Sequence record: NC_031127.1
Direction: 5' to 3' (one strand)
DNA length: 64,000 nucleotides
A model generated the notes under the pieces. The model was given only the letters and a program-made list of their open reading frames with translations. It ran no database searches and was not told the origin of the DNA. Below, one piece after another: positions 1 to 5,626 of this stretch (positions are counted from its first letter, which is position 1; the number at the start of each line of letters is the position of its first letter). Both the position numbers and the translations under genes were made by a program.

Positions 1-474
1 ATGACCACGATTGCGTACGACGGGAAAACGCTGGCGTCTGATAGCCAGACGACCCAAGACGGTATTCGCCTGTCGAACTCGGCAGTGAAAATCTTTTCAG
101 CCACACATCGTGACTGGGCAGTCGAGGGGAAGCGCATTGTCGCTTTCGGTGTAGCCGGTAATCTCCACGCCGCTAACGACCTCCGCAACGCAATGGAAAC
201 GTTTGCTGGCCACAAAGCCGGTGACCCGTTTGCCAAAGGTGTGACGTTCGCGTTCATCGCGATTGCCGAAGACCGTACCGTGTTTGTTGGCGGGAAGTAT
301 TCCGATGACGACCGTTCGTGGGTCGTACAAGCTGAATCTCCCGTTGCTGTTGGCAGTGGCGGTGATTTCGCCATAGGTGCCATGGCCGCAGGGGCCAAAG
401 CCGAAGACGCTGTGAGGATTGCATCGAAGTTTGATGTGAACACCAACGATTCGGTTACCTCCATCGATTGTTAG
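1..474 (+). CDS. HslV/proteasome-beta-like Ntn-hydrolase peptidase
   Basis: N-terminal M-TTIAYDG (Thr1 nucleophile after Met removal), DSQTT, a conserved Lys (AVKIF) and the VAVGSGG motif; the ATG is at base 1, so no RBS is visible. Confidence 0.7.
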   Translation: MTTIAYDGKTLASDSQTTQDGIRLSNSAVKIFSATHRDWAVEGKRIVAFGVAGNLHAANDLRNAMETFAGHKAGDPFAKGVTFAFIAIAEDRTVFVGGKYSDDDRSWVVQAESPVAVGSGGDFAIGAMAAGAKAEDAVRIASKFDVNTNDSVTSIDC

Positions 475-486
475 GGAGTTTCACAG

Positions 487-825
487 ATGTCTTCTCACGA
501 TAAACCGCTGATGCTGATTTACAATATCCAGTACACGCTGGATGAAATCGCCAACGCGTTGGGTAACACCCGGATTCCCAATATCCCGATTCTGAAGGAA
601 GTTGTTAGCAACGTTCAGATTCACCAATGGGATGGGTCTAACCACTGCACCGTAGCCGTCGTTACCACCCGCGGTCATATCTGCACGATGGATACATGGC
701 AAGAACCTAACGCAGAAAACCTGCACCGTGTTCTGAACGGTGCGTTGGAACACGCGTTGAAGAATGCAGCTCGGGCGTGGCTCGGTTCGCAAATCAACGG
801 TCTGTCCGACAACGTAGCGTTCTAA
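487..825 (+). CDS. hypothetical protein
   Basis: 112-aa ORF with AGGGAG SD upstream; codon usage like its neighbours. Confidence 0.75.
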   Translation: MSSHDKPLMLIYNIQYTLDEIANALGNTRIPNIPILKEVVSNVQIHQWDGSNHCTVAVVTTRGHICTMDTWQEPNAENLHRVLNGALEHALKNAARAWLGSQINGLSDNVAF

Positions 826-859
826 AAAAGTCTAATTACAAGAATACCTTGTGATATGC
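826..859 (+). promoter_or_regulatory. phage promoter for tRNA-Trp/Cys unit (AATTAC...TATG)
   Basis: AAAAGTCTAATTACAAGAATAC (826-847) is identical to 3997-4018; TATG follows at 856-859; resembles phiKZ middle (AA..TTAC) and late (TATG) motifs. Confidence 0.55.
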
Positions 860-882
860 TGAGAAGCACGTAAATGAATTTT

Positions 883-959
883 GGGGGAGTAGTTCAATTG
901 GCGAGAGCGTCGGATTCCAAATCCGGTTGTTGCAGGTTCGAGTCCTGTCTCCCCTGCCA
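883..959 (+). tRNA. trnW: tRNA-Trp (CCA)
   Basis: Cloverleaf; anticodon loop TTCCAAA, T-loop TTCGAGT, encoded 3' CCA. Confidence 0.95.
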
Positions 960-1022
960 AATTTAGCCAGCAAGAATGTGAGAAACCGCGGAAGACCAAA
1001 TAGTCAATCGCTGGAGAATCTC

Positions 1023-1250
1023 ATGAACCTGTATTTGCTAGAACGTCAAGACGATGTCGGTTACGACGAGTTTGATTCCATAGTCGTTGCAGCTCCTTCG
1101 GAAGCTGTAGCGCGCGCAACGAAGCCCGGCTGGCGAGGGCGTTGGACTGATGTGTATTGCGACGAAGACGGAGTAATCCTGAGATGCGAACTCATTGGTA
1201 CCACGCACTTAGAGGCTGGGGTCGTCCATGCATCGTTCAATGCAGGCTGA
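1023..1250 (+). CDS. small hypothetical phage protein between tRNAs
   Basis: GGAG SD before ATG 1023 (MNLYLLERQDD...); the track's upstream extension overlaps tRNA-Trp and is spurious. Confidence 0.7.
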   Translation: MNLYLLERQDDVGYDEFDSIVVAAPSEAVARATKPGWRGRWTDVYCDEDGVILRCELIGTTHLEAGVVHASFNAG

Positions 1251-1280
1251 ATACCGGTGGGCTTCGGCCCACCACACCTT

Positions 1281-1354
1281 GGGGCGCTGGCCGAGTGGTT
1301 AGGCGCTGGATTGCAAATCCTGTTACCGCGGTTCGATTCCGCGGCGTCCCTCCA
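1281..1354 (+). tRNA. trnC: tRNA-Cys (GCA)
   Basis: Acceptor GGGGCGC/GCGTCCC, loop TTGCAAA, T-loop TTCGATT, discriminator T, CCA. Confidence 0.93.
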
Positions 1355-1395
1355 AATCTTCTGTCTCGCCCGACAGATATACTTTACAAAAAAAC

Positions 1396-1447
1396 CCGTA
1401 GAGCCTTTCGGGGGTGAAGCTAGTTGGAGTGGTTGTTCACTCTACGG
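1396..1447 (+). promoter_or_regulatory. structured leader upstream of terB
   Basis: CCGTAGAG/CTCTACGG 8-bp stem enclosing a CC-TTTCG-GG hairpin and a TGAA/TTCA helix. Confidence 0.35.
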
Positions 1448-1496
1448 TCTTCTACTCCTGGGCGCTGGCTCACCCACCTAAAGGATAAAAAGAATT

Positions 1497-1922
1497 ATGT
1501 TCGGTCTTTTCAAAAAACGCGCTAACCGTGCTATGTCTGAAATCAAAAAATTCGACAAACGTGACCTGGCAGAAGCCGTGGTTAACGCCGCTTACCTGAT
1601 TGCGTACGCGGATGGCGAGCTGGAATCTTCTGAGAAATCGAAAATCGATCAGGTGCTGCGTGCCAACCCGGTACTGTCTAACTTCCAGTCCGAGCTGAAC
1701 ACAATTGCTTCTACAATCATCGCTCAGCTGGAAGCGGACATCGACATCGGTCGTCGTGCTGCCCTGCGCCAGATTGCTGATGTGAAAGGCGACCAGCGCG
1801 AGTGTGAAGACGTTCTGGACGTTGCTGTGGCTATTGCCCGTGCTGATGGCGAAATCGAACCGGCAGAAGTTGAAATGCTGAAACAGATCGCCGAAGCGCT
1901 GGGTCTGCGTTACGACGCGTAA
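1497..1922 (+). CDS. terB: TerB-family (tellurite resistance) protein
   Basis: Two A.ADG.....E motifs (IAYADGELESSE, IARADGEIEPAE) and C-terminal LKQIAEALGL, typical of TerB. Confidence 0.88.
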   Translation: MFGLFKKRANRAMSEIKKFDKRDLAEAVVNAAYLIAYADGELESSEKSKIDQVLRANPVLSNFQSELNTIASTIIAQLEADIDIGRRAALRQIADVKGDQRECEDVLDVAVAIARADGEIEPAEVEMLKQIAEALGLRYDA

Positions 1923-1925
1923 GCC

Positions 1926-2108
1926 ATGAAGCTGAAAACCAAGTTATACATCGGGGCCGCGTTGCTACTGATGCTGCTTGGCAACTTCGTTGGGCGAGCC
2001 TTTACGTTAATCGCCTACGTAGCTGTAATCGGCGTAGTAGCCTATCTGGCCTGGCCTGTCATCAAGAAGTTTGCGGCGAAGTCGCAGGCGAAGGTGAAAG
2101 GCAAGTAG
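1926..2108 (+). CDS. small membrane protein (2 hydrophobic segments)
   Basis: 60 aa, hydrophobic core with Lys-rich ends, directly after terB. Confidence 0.7.
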   Translation: MKLKTKLYIGAALLLMLLGNFVGRAFTLIAYVAVIGVVAYLAWPVIKKFAAKSQAKVKGK

Positions 2109-2114
2109 TAATTC

Positions 2115-2151
2115 GGTGCGGGGGTCGTTCCCTCCGCACCACCCTTTTATT
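2115..2151 (+). terminator. intrinsic terminator
   Basis: GGTGCGG/CCGCACC stem followed by a T-rich tract. Confidence 0.55.
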
Positions 2152-2174
2152 CTCATCTAAAAATAGGTATAACC

Positions 2175-3014
2175 ATGAGAAAGGTGCTTTTCGGAATACT
2201 TGCAGCGTTGACGTTTAGCATGTCCGCAGTCGCGGCAGACGAAGTAGTGATTACCACAGGACAGCAGGGCCTGACCTATAACTCGGTCTATGGCGTTAAT
2301 CTGGCCGGTGCCATCAGCGAGTTCGGTACTCGTGCACGGGTCATCCCGTCGAAGGGGTCGTTAGACAACCTCGATAAAGTTGCCGCCGGTGAAGCCCAGA
2401 TTGGTTTCACGCAGGCAGATGCTTTCCAGTTCTGGCGCGCTAAGCACCCGAACGAAGCGCAGAACGTTGACATCGTCGGTCAGCTGGCCCGTGAATGTGT
2501 CTGGGTCGCTGTCAAGAAAGATGGCAAAGTTAAAGATGCGAAAGATTTAACCGATGGCGTGAAAATCGCAGTCGGTGAACCGGACTCTGGCTCCTACGCC
2601 AGTTGGCAATATCTGCAACAGTTGGTGAAAGAGTATTCCAAAGCGGAAACTTACGCCAAGGGCGGTATCCGTTCGTTGTCCAAAGTGGCAACGGGTGAAT
2701 ACGACGCATTCCTGTGGGTATCTGCGCCGGATAAAAGCAACAAATTCCTCGAAGCGGTCAATCAAGACAGTTCTGGTTTAGAGCTGATTGACATGAGCAC
2801 ATGGAACGTCAACGACAAACTGCCTAACGGCCAGTCTGTGTATACGAAAGAAACGGCCAAGACAGACAAGACCGCGTTCTTCGGTAAGAAAGTTGATGTT
2901 CCGTGCACCACCACACTCGTCGTGGCCAACACTGACGCTGGTGATGATCTGCTCGAAACCGTTTCTACCATCCTCCTGAAAAACAATTCACGAGTGATGG
3001 GGGACAAAAAATAA
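2175..3014 (+). CDS. TAXI-family TRAP transporter solute-binding protein
   Basis: Signal peptide (…SAVA-AD), ITTGQQG..Y, SKGSLDNL, IGFTQAD and VGEPDSGS motifs. Confidence 0.82.
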   Translation: MRKVLFGILAALTFSMSAVAADEVVITTGQQGLTYNSVYGVNLAGAISEFGTRARVIPSKGSLDNLDKVAAGEAQIGFTQADAFQFWRAKHPNEAQNVDIVGQLARECVWVAVKKDGKVKDAKDLTDGVKIAVGEPDSGSYASWQYLQQLVKEYSKAETYAKGGIRSLSKVATGEYDAFLWVSAPDKSNKFLEAVNQDSSGLELIDMSTWNVNDKLPNGQSVYTKETAKTDKTAFFGKKVDVPCTTTLVVANTDAGDDLLETVSTILLKNNSRVMGDKK

Positions 3015-3020
3015 AAATAT

Positions 3021-3650
3021 GTACTGACCCAGTGCATCTTTTCGGGCTGGGTAGGGTTAATGTCCCTACCTGCGCGGTGTTCGTTAAGGCTGGTAACGTT
3101 CGCTAAGACCTATCGCATACCCGTAAGTCGATAGCAGCCGGTTACACAAAGAACTATCCATGTGGTAGGTAACCGACCGTTCACGATCTCATTAGGTGAG
3201 CAAATAATCTATGCAAGGACTTCTAGGATTTGTGCTCGACATGATGGGCAGCTTACGCCGCCTCATCAAGCAGTTACGAATCTGGAAGCTTGCCCATTAC
3301 TGGTTTACAGGCGAAAAGGCATCTCGTGAGAGTGTGCCATGCAAACTGCGTATTTACATTAGTATGTTCACTGCGGTGAGCATAGGTCAAGCCCCGGAAC
3401 GATAAGCCGGTCAGCTACGCCTGTAAAATACAATCTGAAAATCATAATGGGATTAAGTTCCCAGATTTGAAAAGGCGACTGTGTGTCGTCGGCGATAACC
3501 CCCCGTCGTGGACTCGGTTATCCCAAAGGTAATGTGAAAGGGGTTGGTGCTTGGAGGCGCTAAGACCGGCGGATACGCTGGCTCAGAAGAAGAAGAAGTC
3601 CATCAACCCCGTTCTCACCTGAGTAACACCCTTTACAAGGCGTTACTTAT
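3021..3650 (+). ncRNA. candidate large (~630 nt) structured non-coding RNA
   Basis: No credible ORF; more than 12 helices, including long-range TTTACAGGCG/CGCCTGTAAA, ATGGGCAGCTT/AAGCTTGCCCAT and GGGGTTGGTG/CATCAACCCC; begins at the G of a TATG. Confidence 0.6.
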
Positions 3651-3671
3651 ATATGCGAAAGCGAGGTGAAC

Positions 3672-3998
3672 ATGGGAATGTATCGTGAAGGCCCTGAAAG
3701 CACGGTGACTCACCGTAATCATGATTACTCTGTGGATGCATTGCTGGATATAGCGGAACGTCATAGCCTCGTTCAAATTCCAGTGTCTAGAATAGAATGG
3801 ATTTTAAACGAGACTACGCTCGATGATGAGCGGGTTAAGAATGCAGATACGGATTATCCAATAATCGTGCTGCACGAAGGAAGTTTGTATATTGTATTAG
3901 ACGGTGCCCATCGCCTTGCGAAGGCGGTAGCCGAAGGCAAAGACACCATCGCAGCCAAGATATTGGTGCCTGCGAATTTACCGAAACCGGTACGATAA
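3672..3998 (+). CDS. stand-alone ParB/Srx-like N-terminal domain protein
   Basis: PIIV...IVLDGAHRLAKA motif; GAGG SD. Confidence 0.72.
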   Translation: MGMYREGPESTVTHRNHDYSVDALLDIAERHSLVQIPVSRIEWILNETTLDDERVKNADTDYPIIVLHEGSLYIVLDGAHRLAKAVAEGKDTIAAKILVPANLPKPVR

Positions 3999-4029
3999 AA
4001 GTCTAATTACAAGAATACACTGTATTATG
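3997..4029 (+). promoter_or_regulatory. phage promoter for the main tRNA/ncRNA operon
   Basis: 22-bp exact copy of 826-847 followed by TATG (4026-4029). Confidence 0.55.
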
Positions 4030-4108
4030 TCGGAAACCCGATTTGATGTTGCACAGAGCGTTACGCTGCGGCGTTTGCTGGTGTGCAGGGTTAGGTCGGG
4101 ATTCTGGC
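4029..4108 (+). ncRNA. 80-nt rod-like hairpin RNA at the operon 5' end
   Basis: GTCGGAA/TTCTGGC, CCCGA/TCGGG and TGCAC/GTGCA stacked helices. Confidence 0.45.
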
Positions 4109-4116
4109 ACCTATTT

Positions 4117-4202
4117 GGCGGGTTACTCAAGCGGTCAACGAGAGCAGACTGTAAATCTGTTGCCTTCGGGCTTCGTAGGTTCAAATCCTTCACACGCCAC
4201 CA
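4117..4202 (+). tRNA. trnY: tRNA-Tyr (GTA), with stem mismatches
   Basis: Loop CTGTAAA, long variable arm, CCA end; G-A mismatch in the acceptor stem and T-T in the T stem. Confidence 0.88.
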
Positions 4203-4208
4203 AACAAT

Positions 4209-4428
4209 GGTACCTGTCACAGCAGCCCTTGAGGCTTACGCGATGATGACTGGTCGCCCATTTTACCGGGTAACACATTCCTGCCAGCGCGCTATTGCCG
4301 CGAAGGTTTGCCCCCGGTGTTGTGCGTTATTCGGGTCTACCCACCATCTGCGGATGGTGCGTTGATGTCTCGATATACGCCATAGGGACGCCTTGAGAAC
4401 TCCGTGAAATTCGGAGAGGTACCACCCA
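4209..4428 (+). ncRNA. ~218-nt tRNA-like RNA (acceptor stem + T-arm with large insert)
   Basis: GGTACCT/AGGTACC acceptor, CTCCG-TGAAATT-CGGAG arm, ends ACCCA; internal helices. Confidence 0.55.
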
Positions 4429-4495
4429 TTCTTGTGTTTCCTTATCCTGAAGACATTCCTAAGACAAATTCATTCATGGTCGAGGAAACACAGAA
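4429..4495 (+). ncRNA. hairpin with conserved 37-nt loop, copy A
   Basis: 13-bp stem TTCT(T)GTGTTTCCT/AGGAAACACAGAA; loop similar to 5579-5615. Confidence 0.55.
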
Positions 4496-4503
4496 CCTAT
4501 TCA

Positions 4504-4579
4504 GGTGCTATCGTCTAGTGGCCGAGGATACTACCCTGTCACGGTAGAGACCGGAGTTCGATTCTCCGTAGCACCGCCA
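4504..4579 (+). tRNA. trnD: tRNA-Asp (GTC)
   Basis: Cloverleaf, loop CTGTCAC, CCA. Confidence 0.95.
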
Positions 4580-4587
4580 TTTTCAAA

Positions 4588-4663
4588 TGCGTCTTAGCTC
4601 AGTTGGTAGAGCGCACCCCTGATAAGGGTGAGGCCACTGGTTCAAGTCCAGTAGATGCAACCA
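4588..4663 (+). tRNA. trnI: tRNA-Ile (GAT)
   Basis: Cloverleaf, loop CTGATAA, CCA. Confidence 0.95.
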
Positions 4664-4670
4664 GTATTGC

Positions 4671-4747
4671 ATTCCCGTCATCTAGTTGGTCCAGGATACG
4701 ACACTTTCACTGTCGGTACACGAGTTCAAATCTCGTCGGGAATACCA
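4671..4747 (+). tRNA. trnE: tRNA-Glu (TTC)
   Basis: Cloverleaf, loop CTTTCAC, CCA. Confidence 0.95.
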
Positions 4748-4752
4748 TTTGT

Positions 4753-4843
4753 AGAGAATTGACTGAGTTGGTTTAAGGTGCTCCCCTGCTAAGGGAGTGT
4801 ATGCGAAAGTGTACCATTGGTTCGAATCCAATATTCTCTGCCA
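4753..4843 (+). tRNA. trnS: tRNA-Ser (GCT)
   Basis: Loop CTGCTAA, long variable arm, discriminator G, CCA. Confidence 0.93.
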
Positions 4844-4844
4844 T

Positions 4845-5018
4845 GTTCTCTTGCTGTGGGAAATAGAAGCGAACGTAGAAACGCCGGTTAGCTCAAAGCT
4901 TAGAGCGTCTCATCTTCGGATGAGAAGGTTGGGGGCGCAACCCGAAATCCCTATCGGCAACGGCCTGCTTGTCAGGATTAGAAACATCTACGTGGATGGG
5001 TACTTCTACAGCAAGAAC
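4845..5018 (+). ncRNA. multibranch RNA enclosing a tRNA-like module (4883-4959)
   Basis: Outer stems GTTC..TTGCTGT/ACAGCAAGAAC and TAGAAG/CTTCTA; inner D-arm-like AGCTC..GAGC and an anticodon arm capped by cUUCGg. Confidence 0.5.
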
Positions 5019-5042
5019 AAAACAGTGGGAGCATTGTCCACT

Positions 5043-5151
5043 GTGACACCGGCAAAGGTTTCGACCTTGCGGGTTGGGCGGAAGCCCGATGTTCCCCCGA
5101 ACGCTGGCCTTCTGGCCAATACAGTGAAAGCTTACCCTTGCCGATGATCAC
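5043..5151 (+). ncRNA. multibranch structured RNA
   Basis: CGGCAA/TTGCCG and GGGT/ACCC close four tetraloop hairpins (TTCG, GGAA, CCCC, TTCT). Confidence 0.45.
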
Positions 5152-5224
5152 CTCTTCTGCTGCTGCCAACACACTGTATAACCAGAATCAGTCCTGCCTT
5201 AAATGGCAAGCGTTCACCCTTTAC

Positions 5225-5302
5225 GTTTCCTCAAGGCGGCTTGGGGTGTTATCTCTCGGCTCTGTTGGGTAACATCGTGGTTCAACTCCATGGGAAACAC
5301 CA
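5225..5302 (+). tRNA. aberrant tRNA-like RNA, anticodon unassignable
   Basis: Acceptor GTTTCCT/GGGAAAC + A + CCA, T-arm CGTGG-TTCAACT-CCATG; 4-nt D loop; 9-bp anticodon-position stem with a 14-nt loop. Confidence 0.55.
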
Positions 5303-5308
5303 AACAAT

Positions 5309-5400
5309 GGCTCCGTAGCTAAATCGGTAGAGGCAGACTTTAATTAGTTCTCCAACGATTTTATAATCGCGTGGTGTAGGTTCAAGTCCTACCGGAGCAA
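5309..5400 (+). pseudogene. degenerate type-II-like tRNA (possibly derived from Leu-TAA)
   Basis: GCTCCG/CGGAGC acceptor, GTAGG-TTCAAGT-CCTAC T-arm, long variable arm; 6-nt anticodon loop, no CCA. Confidence 0.5.
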
Positions 5401-5474
5401 GAGCACTGCTGTTAAGTTGGTTAACACCCGACCCATACTCGGATATTCGCACGTTCGATTCGTGCCAGTGCTCG
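5401..5474 (+). tRNA. atypical tRNA with CAT anticodon (Met or Ile2)
   Basis: GAGCACT/AGTGCTC acceptor, loop CCCATAC (C33 instead of U33), T-loop TTCGATT; CCA not encoded. Confidence 0.65.
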
Positions 5475-5484
5475 CCCTTATTTA

Positions 5485-5560
5485 GACTCTGTAGTTCAGT
5501 TGGTAGAACGGTGGACTGTTAATCCATATGTCGCAGGTTCGAGTCCTGCCAGAGTCGCCA
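5485..5560 (+). tRNA. trnN: tRNA-Asn (GTT)
   Basis: Cloverleaf, loop CTGTTAA, CCA. Confidence 0.96.
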
Positions 5561-5566
5561 CATTTT

Positions 5567-5626
5567 GCATTGCCCGAGTCCCGAATGACATTCCGGAAAA
5601 ATATCATCCATGGTCACGGGCAGTGC
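5567..5626 (+). ncRNA. hairpin with conserved 37-nt loop, copy B
   Basis: 10-bp stem GCATTGCCCG/CGGGCAGTGC; loop similar to 4445-4481. Confidence 0.55.

Noticed and set aside
3211-3405. 64-aa ORF inside the large structured region
   Set aside because: No SD, and it lies across long-range helices; kept only as a refutation test
3021-3650. Group I/II intron, RNase P RNA or tmRNA identity for the large RNA
   Set aside because: AAGAAGAAGTCCA only loosely resembles the group I S element and is in the wrong helix context; no GAGGAAAGTCC, no group II domain V, no tRNA-like ends, no interrupted host gene
4209-4428. tmRNA or intron-containing tRNA
   Set aside because: No G3-U70 pair or tag ORF; insert too short for a group I intron
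4445-4490. Hammerhead ribozyme (CTGAAGA...GAAAC); also CTGAGGA at ~6670
   Set aside because: No room for stem I, copy B lacks CUGANGA, and the 6670 site lacks stem II-GAAA
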